From: the human T2T-CHM13v2.0 reference genome, Homo sapiens | Assembly (NCBI RefSeq): GCF_009914755.1 | Contig: NC_060933.1 | Reading direction: 5' to 3' (one strand) | DNA length: 64,000 nucleotides | In this document: positions 52,644 to 64,000 of the stretch, piece after piece | Layout: each line of letters starts with the position of its first letter | How positions within the stretch are numbered: the first letter of the stretch is position 1 | Program-made: the position numbers and the translations under genes | The notes under the pieces: model-generated | The model's database searches: none | What the model was told of the DNA's origin: nothing | What the model saw: only the letters and a program-made list of their open reading frames with translations

Positions 52644-55600
52644 CATTCTCAGAAACTTCCTTGTGATGTGTGTACTCAAGTAACAGAGTTGAACCTTCCT
52701 TTTGACAGAGCAGTTTTGAAGCACTCTTTTTGTAGAATCTGCAAGTGGATATTTTGATACCTTTGAGGATTTCGTTGGACACGGGACATCTTCATATAAA
52801 ATCTAGACAGAAGCATTCTCAGAAACTTCTTTGTGCTGTATGTCCTCAATTAACAGAGTTGAACCTTTGTGTGGATACAGCATTTTGGAAACATTCCTTT
52901 AGTAGAATCTGCAAGTTGATATTTAGATAGCTAGGAAGATTTCCTTGGAAACGGGAATATCTTCATATAAAATCTAGACGGAAGCATTCTCAGAAAGTGC
53001 TTTGTGATGTTTGCATTCAAGTCACAGAGTTGAATATTCCCTTTTATAGAGCAGGTTTGAAACACTCTTTCTGCACTACCTGGAAGTGGACATTTGGAGC
53101 GCTTTGAGGCCTATGTTGAAAAAGGAAATATCTTCCCATAAAAACTAGACAGAAGCATTCTCAGAAACTTGTTTGTGATGTGTGTATTCAACTAACAGAG
53201 ATGAACCTTTCTTTTTACAGAGCAGTTTTGAAACACTCTTTTTGTGGAATCTGAAAGTGGATATTTGGATAGCTTTGAGGATTTCGTTGGAAACGGGATT
53301 ACATATAAAACCTAGAGAGAAGCATTCTCAGGAACTTCTTTGTGATGTTTGCCTTCAAGTCACAGGACTGAACATTCCCTTTCATAGAGCAGGTTTGAAA
53401 CACTCTTTCTGTAGTATCTGCAAGCTGACGTTTCAAGCGCTTTCAGGCCTATGGTGAGAAAGGAAATATCTTCAAGTAAAAACTAGACAGAAGCATTCTC
53501 AGAAACTTATTTGCCATGTGTGTTCTCAACTAACAGAGTTGAACCTTTGTTTTGATACGGCATTTTGGAAACACTCTTTTTGTAGAATCTGCAGGTGGAT
53601 ATTCGGATAGCTTTGAAGGTTTCGTTGGAAACGGGAATATCTTCATATAAAATCTAGACGGAAGCATTCTCAGAAACTGCTTTGTGATGTTTTCATTCAA
53701 GTCACAGAGTAGAATGTTCCCTGTTATATACCAGGTTTGAGACACTCTTTCTGCACTACCCGGAAGTGGACGTTTGGAGCGCTTTGAGGCCTATGTTGAA
53801 AAAGGAAATATCTTCCCATAAAAACTAGACAGAAGCATTCTCAGAAACTTGTTTGTGATGTGTGTATTCAACTAACAGAGATGAACCTTTCTTTTTACAG
53901 AGCAGTTTTGAAACACTCTTTTTGTGGAATCTGAAAGTGGATATTTGGATAGCTTTGAGGATTTCGTTGGAAACGGGATTACATATAAAATCTAGAGAGA
54001 AGCATTCTCAGGAACTTCTTTGTGATGTTTGCATTCACGTCACAGAACTGAACATTCCCTTTCATAGAGCATGTTTGAAACACTCTTTCTGTAGTATCTG
54101 CAAACGGACATTTCAAACGCTTTCAGGCCCATGGTGAGAAAGGAAATATCTTCAAGTAAAAACTAGACAGAAGCATTCTCAGAAACTTATTTGCGATGTG
54201 TGTCCTCAACTAACAGAGTTGAACCTTTCTTTTGATACAACATTTTGGAAACACTCTTTTTGTAGAATCTGCAAGTGGATATTTGAATAGCTTTGAAGGT
54301 TTCGTTGGAAACGGGAATATCTTCATATAAAATCAAGACGGAAGCATTCTCAGAAACTTCTCTGTGATGTTTGCATTCAACTCATAGAGTTGAACACTTC
54401 CCTTCATACAGCAGGTTTGAAACACTCTTTTTGTAATATTTGGAAGTGGACTTTTGCAGCGCTTTGTGGCCTATGATGAAAAAGGTAATATCTTCCCATA
54501 AAAACTAGACAGAAGCATTCTCAGAAACTTGTTTGTGATGTGTGTATTCAACTAACAGAGATGAACCTTTCTTTTTACAGAGCAGTTTTGAAACACTCTT
54601 TTTGTGGAATCTGAAAGTGGATATTTGGATAGCTTTGCGGATTTCGTTGGAAACGGGATTACATATAAAATCTAGGGAGAAGCACTCTCAGGAACTTCTT
54701 TGTGATGTTTGCATTCAAGTCACAGAACTGAACATTCCCTTTCATAGAGCAGGTTTGAAACACTCTTTCTGTAGTATCTGCAAGCGGACGTTTTAAGCGC
54801 TTTCAGGCCTGTGGTGAGAAAGGAAATATCTTCAAATAAAAACTAGACAGAAGCATTCTCAGAAACGTATTTGCGATGTGTGTCCTCAACTAACAGAGTT
54901 GAACCTTTCTTTTGATACATCATTTTGGAAACACTCTTTTTGTAGAATCTGCAAGTGGATATTTGGATAGCTTTGAAGGTTTCGTTGGAAACGGGAATAT
55001 CTTCATATGAAATCAAGACAGAAGCATTCTCAGAAACTTCTCTGTGATGTTTGCATTCAACTCATAGAGTTGAACACTTCCCTTCATACAGCAGGTTTGA
55101 AACACTCTTTTTCTAATATTTGGAAGTGGACATTTGCAGCGCTTTGAGGCCTATGTTGAAAAAGGAAATATCTTCTCCTAAAAACCAGACAGAAGCATTC
55201 TCAGAAACTTCCTTGTGATGTGTGTACTCAAGTAACAGAGTTGAACCTTCCTTTTGACAGAGCAGTTTTGAAGCACTCTTTTTGTAGAATCTGCAAGTGG
55301 ATATTTTGATACCTTTGAGGATTTCGTTGGACACGGGATATCTTCATATAAAATCTAGACAGAAGCATTCTCAGAAACTTCTTTGTGCTGTATGTCCTCA
55401 ATTAACAGAGTTGAACCTTTGTGTGGATACAGCATTTTGGAAACATTCCTTTAGTAGAATCTGCAAGTTGATATTTAGATAGCTAGGAAGATTTCCTTGG
55501 AAACGGGAATATCTTCATATAAAATCTAGACGGAAGCATTCTCAGAAAGTGCTTTGTGATGTTTGCATTCAAGTCACAGAGTTGAATATTCCCTTTTATA

Positions 55601-58600
55601 GAGCAGGTTTGAAACACTCTTTCTGCACTACCTGGAAGTGGACATTTGGAGCGCTTTGAGGCCTATGTTGAAAAACGAAATATCTTCCCATAAAAACTAG
55701 ACAGAAGCATTCTCAGAAACTTGTTTGTGATGTGTGTATTCAACTAACAGAGATGAACCTTTCTTTTTACAGAGCAGTTTTGAAACACTCTTTTTGTGGA
55801 ATCTGAAAGTGGATATTTGGATAGCTTTGAGGATTTCGTTGGAAACGGGATTACATATAAAACCTAGAGAGAAGCATTCTCAGGAACTTCTTTGTGATGT
55901 TTGCCTTCAAGTCACAGGACTGAACATTCCCTTTCATAGAGCAGGTTTGAAACACTCCTTCTGTAGTATCTGCAAGCTGACGTTTCAAGCGCTTTCAGGC
56001 CTATGGTGAGAAAGGAAATATCTTCAAGTAAAAACTAGACAGAAGCATTCTCAGAAACTTATTTGCCATGTGTGTTCTCAACTAACAGAGTTGAACCTTT
56101 GTTTTGATACGGCATTTTGGAAACACTCTTTTTGTAGAATCTGCAGGTGGATATTCGGATAGCTTTGAAGGTTTCGTTGGAAACGGGAATATCTTCATAT
56201 AAAATCTAGACGGAAGCATTCTCAGAAACTGCTTTGTGATGTTTTCATTCAAGTCACAGAGTAGAATGTTCCCTGTTATATACCAGGTTTGAGACACTCT
56301 TTCTGCACTACCCGGAAGTGGACGTTTGGAGCGCTTTGAGGCCTATGTTGAAAAAGGAAATATCTTCCCATAAAAACTAGACAGAAGCATTCTCAGAAAC
56401 TTGTTTGTGATGTGTGTATTCAACTAACAGAGATGAACCTTTCTTTTTACAGAGCAGTTTTGAAACACTCTTTTTGTGGAATCTGAAAGTGGATATTTGG
56501 ATAGCTTTGAGGATTTCGTTGGAAACGGGATTACATATAAAATCTAGAGAGAAGCATTCTCAGGAACTTCTTTGTGATGTTTGCATTCACGTCACAGAAC
56601 TGAACATTCCCTTTCATAGAGCATGTTTGAAACACTCTTTCTGTAGTATCTGCAAACGGACATTTCAAACGCTTTCAGGCCCATGGTGAGAAAGGAAATA
56701 TCTTCAAGTAAAAACTAGACAGAAGCATTCTCAGAAACTTATTTGCGATGTGTGTCCTCAACTAACAGAGTTGAACCTTTCTTTTGATACAACATTTTGG
56801 AAACACTCTTTTTGTAGAATCTGCAAGTGGATATTTGAATAGCTTTGAAGGTTTCGTTGGAAACGGGAATATCTTCATATAAAATCAAGACGGAAGCATT
56901 CTCAGAAACTTCTCTGTGATGTTTGCATTCAACTCATAGAGTTGAACACTTCCCTTCATACAGCAGGTTTGAAACACTCTTTTTGTAATATTTGGAAGTG
57001 GACTTTTGCAGCGCTTTGTGGCCTATGATGAAAAAGGTAATATCTTCCCATAAAAACTAGACAGAAGCATTCTCAGAAACTTGTTTGTGATGTGTGTATT
57101 CAACTAACAGAGATGAACCTTTCTTTTTACAGAGCAGTTTTGAAACACTCTTTTTGTGGAATCTGAAAGTGGATATTTGGATAGCTTTGCGGATTTCGTT
57201 GGAAACGGGATTACATATAAAATCTAGGGAGAAGCACTCTCAGGAACTTCTTTGTGATGTTTGCATTCAAGTCACAGAACTGAACATTCCCTTTCATAGA
57301 GCAGGTTTGAAACACTCTTTCTGTAGTATCTGCAAGCGGACGTTTTAAGCGCTTTCAGGCCTGTGGTGAGAAAGGAAATATCTTCAAATAAAAACTAGAC
57401 AGAAGCATTCTCAGAAACGTATTTGCGATGTGTGTCCTCAACTAACAGAGTTGAACCTTTCTTTTGATACATCATTTTGGAAACACTCTTTTTGTAGAAT
57501 CTGCAAGTGGATATTTGGATAGCTTTGAAGGTTTCGTTGGAAACGGGAATATCTTCATATGAAATCAAGACAGAAGCATTCTCAGAAACTTCTCTGTGAT
57601 GTTTGCATTCAACTCATAGAGTTGAACACTTCCCTTCATACAGCAGGTTTGAAACACTCTTTTTCTAATATTTGGAAGTGGACATTTGCAGCGCTTTGAG
57701 GCCTATGTTGAAAAAGGAAATATCTTCTCCTAAAAACCAGACAGAAGCATTCTCAGAAACTTCCTTGTGATGTGTGTACTCAAGTAACAGAGTTGAACCT
57801 TCCTTTTGACAGAGCAGTTTTGAAGCACTCTTTTTGTAGAATCTGCAAGTGGATATTTTGATACCTTTGAGGATTTCGTTGGACACGGGATATCTTCATA
57901 TAAAATCTAGACAGAAGCATTCTCAGAAACTTCTTTGTGCTGTATGTCCTCAATTAACAGAGTTGAACCTTTGTGTGGATACAGCATTTTGGAAACATTC
58001 CTTTAGTAGAATCTGCAAGTTGATATTTAGATAGCTAGGAAGATTTCCTTGGAAACGGGAATATCTTCATATAAAATCTAGACGGAAGCATTCTCAGAAA
58101 GTGCTTTGTGATGTTTGCATTCAAGTCACAGAGTTGAATATTCCCTTTTATAGAGCAGGTTTGAAACACTCTTTCTGCACTACCTGGAAGTGGACATTTG
58201 GAGCGCTTTGAGGCCTATGTTGAAAAACGAAATATCTTCCCATAAAAACTAGACAGAAGCATTCTCAGAAACTTGTTTGTGATGTGTGTATTCAACTAAC
58301 AGAGATGAACCTTTCTTTTTACAGAGCAGTTTTGAAACACTCTTTTTGTGGAATCTGAAAGTGGATATTTGGATAGCTTTGAGGATTTCGTTGGAAACGG
58401 GATTACATATAAAACCTAGAGAGAAGCATTCTCAGGAACTTCTTTGTGATGTTTGCCTTCAAGTCACAGGACTGAACATTCCCTTTCATAGAGCAGGTTT
58501 GAAACACTCCTTCTGTAGTATCTGCAAGCTGACGTTTCAAGCGCTTTCAGGCCTATGGTGAGAAAGGAAATATCTTCAAGTAAAAACTAGACAGAAGCAT

Positions 58601-61600
58601 TCTCAGAAACTTATTTGCCATGTGTGTTCTCAACTAACAGAGTTGAACCTTTGTTTTGATACGGCATTTTGGAAACACTCTTTTTGTAGAATCTGCAGGT
58701 GGATATTCGGATAGCTTTGAAGGTTTCGTTGGAAACGGGAATATCTTCATATAAAATCTAGACGGAAGCATTCTCAGAAACTGCTTTGTGATGTTTTCAT
58801 TCAAGTCACAGAGTAGAATGTTCCCTGTTATATACCAGGTTTGAGACACTCTTTCTGCACTACCCGGAAGTGGACGTTTGGAGCGCTTTGAGGCCTATGT
58901 TGAAAAACGAAATATCTTCCCATAAAAACTAGACAGAAGCATTCTCAGAAACTTGTTTGTGATGTGTGTATTCAACTAACAGAGATGAACCTTTCTTTTT
59001 ACAGAGCAGTTTTGAAACACTCTTTTTGTGGAATCTGAAAGTGGATATTTGGATAGCTTTGAGGATTTCGTTGGAAACGGGATTACATATAAAATCTAGA
59101 GAGAAGCATTCTCAGGAACTTCTTTGTGATGTTTGCAATCACGTCACAGAACTGAACATTCCCTTTCATAGAGCATGTTTGAAACACTCTTTCTGTAGTA
59201 TCTGCAAACGGACATTTCAAACGCTTTCAGGCCTATGGTGAGAAAGGAAATATCTTCAAGTAAAAACTAGACAGAAGCATTCTCAGAAACTTATTTGCGA
59301 TGTGTGTCCTCAACTAACAGAGTTGAACCTTTCTTTTGATACAACATTTTGGAAACACTCTTTTTGTAGAATCTGCAAGTGGATATTTGAATAGCTTTGA
59401 AGGTTTCGTTGGAAACGGGAATATCTTCATATAAAATCAAGACAGAAGCATTCTCAGAAACTTCTCTGTGATGTTTGCATTCAACTCATAGAGTTGAACA
59501 CTTCCCTTCATACAGCAGGTTTGAAACACTCTTTTTGTAATATTTGGAAGTGGACTTTTGCAGCGCTTTGAGGCCTATGATGAAAAAGGTAATATCTTCC
59601 CATAAAAACTAGACAGAAGCATTCTCAGAAACTTGTTTGTGATGTGTGTATTCAACTAACAGAGATGAACCTTTCTTTTTACAGAGCAGTTTTGAAACAC
59701 TGTTTTTGTGGAATCTGAAAGTGGATATTTGGATAGCTTTGCGGATTTCGTTGGAAACGGGATTACATATAAAATCTAGGGAGAAGCACTCTCAGGAACT
59801 TCTTTGTGATGTTTGCATTCAAGTCACAGAACTGAACATTCCCTTTCATAGAGCAGGTTTGAAACACTCTTTCTGTAGTATCTGCAAGCGGACGTTTTAA
59901 GCGCTTTCAGGCCTGTGGTGAGAAAGGAAATATCTTCAAATAAAAACTAGACAGAAGCATTCTCAGAAACTTATTTGCGATGTGTGTCCTCAACTAACAG
60001 AGTTGAACCTTTCTTTTGATACAACATTTTGGAAACACTCTTTTTGTAGAATCTGCAAGTGGATATTTGGATAGCTTTGAAGGTTTCGTTGGAAACGGGA
60101 ATATCTTCATATGAAATCAAGACAGAAGCATTCTCAGAAACTTCTCTGTGATGTTTGCATTCAACTCATAGAGTTGAACACTTCCCTTCATACAGCAGGT
60201 TTGAAACACTCTTTTTCTAATATTTGGAAGTGGACATTTGCAGCGCTTTGAGGCCTATGTTGAAAAAGGAAATATCTTCTCCTAAAAACCAGACAGAAGC
60301 ATTCTCAGAAACTTCCTTGTGATGTGTGTACTCAAGTAACAGAGTTGAACCTTCCTTTTGACAGAGCAGTTTTGAAGCACTCTTTTTGTAGAATCTGCAA
60401 GTGGATATTTTGATACCTTTGAGGATTTCGTTGGACACGGGATATCTTCATATAAAATCTAGACAGAAGCATTCTCAGAAACTTCTTTGTGCTGTATGTC
60501 CTCAATTAACAGAGTTGAACCTTTGTGTGGATACAGCATTTTGGAAACATTCCTTTAGTAGAATCTGCAAGTTGATATTTAGATAGCTAGGAAGATTTCC
60601 TTGGAAACGGGAATATCTTCATATAAAATCTAGACGGAAGCATTCTCAGAAAGTGCTTTGTGATGTTTGCATTCAAGTCACAGAGTTGAATATTCCCTTT
60701 TATAGAGCAGGTTTGAAACACTCTTTCTGCACTACCTGGAAGTGGACATTTGGAGCGCTTTGAGGCCTATGTTGAAAAACGAAATATCTTCCCATAAAAA
60801 CTAGACAGAAGCATTCTCAGAAACTTGTTTGTGATGTGTGTATTCAACTAACAGAGATGAACCTTTCTTTTTACAGAGCAGTTTTGAAACACTCTTTTTG
60901 TGGAATCTGAAAGTGGATATTTGGATAGCTTTGAGGATTTCGTTGGAAACGGGATTACATATAAAACCTAGAGAGAAGCATTCTCAGGAACTTCTTTGTG
61001 ATGTTTGCCTTCAAGTCACAGGACTGAACATTCCCTTTCATAGAGCAGGTTTGAAACACTCTTTCTGTAGTATCTGCAAGCTGACGTTTCAAGCGCTTTC
61101 AGGCCTATGGTGAGAAAGGAAATATCTTCAAGTAAAAACTAGACAGAAGCATTCTCAGAAACTTATTTGCCATGTGTGTTCTCAACTAACAGAGTTGAAC
61201 CTTTGTTTTGATACGGCATTTTGGAAACACTCTTTTTGTAGAATCTGCAGGTGGATATTCGGATAGCTTTGAAGGTTTCGTTGGAAACGGGAATATCTTC
61301 ATATAAAATCTAGACGGAAGCATTCTCAGAAACTGCTTTGTGATGTTTTCATTCAAGTCACAGAGTAGAATGTTCCCTGTTATATACCAGGTTTGAGACA
61401 CTCTTTCTGCACTACCCGGAAGTGGACGTTTGGAGCGCTTTGAGGCCTATGTTGAAAAACGAAATATCTTCCCATAAAAACTAGACAGAAGCATTCTCAG
61501 AAACTTGTTTGTGATGTGTGTATTCAACTAACAGAGATGAACCTTTCTTTTTACAGAGCAGTTTTGAAACACTCTTTTTGTGGAATCTGAAAGTGGATAT

Positions 61601-64000
61601 TTGGATAGCTTTGAGGATTTCGTTGGAAACGGGATTAAATATAAAATCTAGAGAGAAGCATTCTCAGGAACTTCTTTGTGATGTTTGCATTCACGTCACA
61701 GAACTGAACATTCCCTTTCATAGAGCATGTTTGAAACACTCTTTCTGTAGTATCTGCAAACGGACATTTCAAACGCTTTCAGGCCTATGGTGAGAAAGGA
61801 AATATCTTCAAGTAAAAACTAGACAGAAGCATTCTCAGAAACTTATTTGCGATGTGTGTCCTCAACTAACAGAGTTGAACCTTTCTTTTGATACAACATT
61901 TTGGAAACACTCTTTTTGTAGAATCTGCAAGTGGATATTTGAATAGCTTTGAAGGTTTCGTTGGAAACGGGAATATCTTCATATAAAATCAAGACAGAAG
62001 CATTCTCAGAAACTTCTCTGTGATGTTTGCATTCAACTCATAGAGTTGAACACTTCCCTTCATACAGCAGGTTTGAAACACTCTTTTTGTAATATTTGGA
62101 AGTGGACATTTGCAGCGCTTTGAGGCCTATGATGAAAAAGGTAATATCTTCCCATAAAAACTAGACAGAAGCATTCTCAGAAACTTGTTTGTGATGTGTG
62201 TATTCAACTAACAGAGATGAACCTTTCTTTTTACAGAGCAGTTTTGAAACACTCTTTTTGTGGAATCTGAAAGTGGATATTTGGATAGCTTTGCGGATTT
62301 CGTTGGAAACGGGATTACATATAAAATCTAGGGAGAAGCACTCTCAGGAACTTCTTTGTGATGTTTGCATTCAAGTCACAGAACTGAACATTCCCTTTCA
62401 TAGAGCAGGTTTGAAACACTCTTTCTGTAGTATCTGCAAGCGGACGTTTTAAGCGCTTTCAGGCCTGTGGTGAGAAAGGAAATATCTTCAAATAAAAACT
62501 AGACAGAAGCATTCTCAGAAACTTATTTGCGATGTGTGTCCTCAACTAACAGAGTTGAACCTTTCTTTTGATACAACATTTTGGAAACACTCTTTTTGTA
62601 GAATCTGCAAGTGGATATTTGGATAGCTTTGAAGGTTTCGTTGGAAACGGGAATATCTTCATATGAAATCAAGACAGAAGCATTCTCAGAAACTTCTCTG
62701 TGATGTTTGCATTCAACTCATAGAGTTGAACACTTCCCTTCATACAGCAGGTTTGAAACACTCTTTTTCTAATATTTGGAAGTGGACATTTGCAGCGCTT
62801 TGAGGCCTATGTTGAAAAAGGAAATATCTTCTCCTAAAAACCAGACAGAAGCATTCTCAGAAACTTCCTTGTGATGTGTGTACTCAAGTAACAGAGTTGA
62901 ACCTTCCTTTTGACAGAGCAGTTTTGAAGCACTCTTTTTGTAGAATCTGCAAGTGGATATTTTGATACCTTTGAGGATTTCGTTGGACACGGGATATCTT
63001 CATATAAAATCTAGACAGAAGCATTCTCAGAAACTTCTTTGTGCTGTATGTCCTCAATTAACAGAGTTGAACCTTTGTGTGGATACAGCATTTTGGAAAC
63101 ATTCCTTTAGTAGAATCTGCAAGTTGATATTTAGATAGCTAGGAAGATTTCCTTGGAAACGGGAATATCTTCATATAAAATCTAGACGGAAGCATTCTCA
63201 GAAAGTGCTTTGTGATGTTTGCATTCAAGTCACAGAGTTGAATATTCCCTTTTATAGAGCAGGTTTGAAACACTCTTTCTGCACTACCTGGAAGTGGACA
63301 TTTGGAGCGCTTTGAGGCCTATGTTGAAAAACGAAATATCTTCCCATAAAAACTAGACAGAAGCATTCTCAGAAACTTGTTTGTGATGTGTGTATTCAAC
63401 TAACAGAGATGAACCTTTCTTTTTACAGAGCAGTTTTGAAACACTCTTTTTGTGGAATCTGAAAGTGGATATTTGGATAGCTTTGAGGATTTCGTTGGAA
63501 ACGGGATTACATATAAAACCTAGAGAGAAGCATTCTCAGGAACTTCTTTGTGATGTTTGCCTTCAAGTCACAGGACTGAACATTCCCTTTCATAGAGCAG
63601 GTTTGAAACACTCTTTCTGTAGTATCTGCAAGCTGACGTTTCAAGCGCTTTCAGGCCTATGGTGAGAAAGGAAATATCTTCAAGTAAAAACTAGACAGAA
63701 GCATTCTCAGAAACTTATTTGCCATGTGTGTTCTCAACTAACAGAGTTGAACCTTTGTTTTGATACGGCATTTTGGAAACACTCTTTTTGTAGAATCTGC
63801 AGGTGGATATTCGGATAGCTTTGAAGGTTTCGTTGGAAACGGGAATATCTTCATATAAAATCTAGACGGAAGCATTCTCAGAAACTGCTTTGTGATGTTT
63901 TCATTCAAGTCACAGAGTAGAATGTTCCCTGTTATATACCAGGTTTGAGACACTCTTTCTGCACTACCCGGAAGTGGACGTTTGGAGCGCTTTGAGGCCT
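52644..64000 (+). repeat. Four complete and one partial 15-mer HORs outside the macro-repeat, forming a distinct local haplotype group
   Basis: Unit starts at 52644, 55196, 57748, 60300 and 62852. They share AGCACTCTC (54685, 57237, 59789, 62341), which I did not see upstream. Confidence 0.9.

Larger units (their letters stand above)
1..64000 (+). repeat. Centromeric alpha-satellite HOR array (homogeneous, active-type, dimeric SF2-like; most consistent with human chr4 D4Z1)
   Basis: Head-to-tail ~171-bp monomers starting CATTCTCAG(A/G)AA across the whole window. CENP-B box monomers (TTTCGTTGGAAACGGGA) alternate with pJalpha-type monomers (CTATGTTGAAAAAGGAA / CTATGGTGAGAAAGGAA). HOR copies are near-identical. 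The alpha-satellite call is essentially certain. The chromosome assignment is an inference from recalled unit sizes (19-mer ~3.2 kb, 15-mer ~2.6 kb) and is only moderately confident. Confidence 0.99.

Noticed and set aside
166-63953. Recurrent 61-113 aa ORFs (MYSTNRDEPFF..., MDILIPLR..., MSNEILKG..., MSQTWYIT...)
   Set aside because: They are chance open frames of alpha-satellite monomers, mostly with non-ATG starts, overlapping on both strands and repeating with the HOR period. I recognise no protein domains. They were used only as positional markers.
1-64000. CRISPR-like regularly spaced conserved motifs (AGACAGAAGCATTCTCAGAAA)
   Set aside because: The intervening sequences are homologous ~171-bp satellite monomers rather than unique spacers, and there are no cas genes.
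1-64000. Possible L1/Alu insertion, inversion or non-satellite island
   Set aside because: None was seen. HOR spacing accounts for every base between 249 and 62851, and the orientation is constant.
52555-64000. Possible third copy of the 24.8-kb macro-repeat
   Set aside because: The diagnostic markers (CTGTTTTTCT, GACGGAGC, CTAGGCAG, the 4-bp deletion) are absent at the expected offsets, and this region has its own variants.

Overview
The whole 64-kb window is a single-orientation, uninterrupted human-type alpha-satellite higher-order repeat (HOR) array made of ~171-bp monomers, with CENP-B boxes in roughly every second monomer. The pattern fits a dimeric suprachromosomal family (SF2-like). 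The dominant unit is a 2552-bp 15-mer, built as a 512-bp trimer plus three 680-bp tetramers. There are 25 complete units: 22 15-mers (two with a 4-bp deletion), two 1872-bp 11-mers and one 2723-bp 16-mer that looks like a 3232-bp 19-mer missing three monomers. These sizes best fit the chromosome 4 array D4Z1, from recall and not verified; related SF2 arrays are not excluded. I see no genes, transposons, RNA genes or CRISPR arrays, and all listed ORFs are by-products of the repeat. I do not find a new gene-encoded system. The real signal is architectural: a near-perfect 24,836-bp (10-HOR) tandem duplication, older nested 2-HOR and 5-HOR periodicities, a recent single-HOR duplication, probable gene-conversion tracts and a haplotype boundary near 2.6 kb. 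All variants were read by eye, so counts are minimums.
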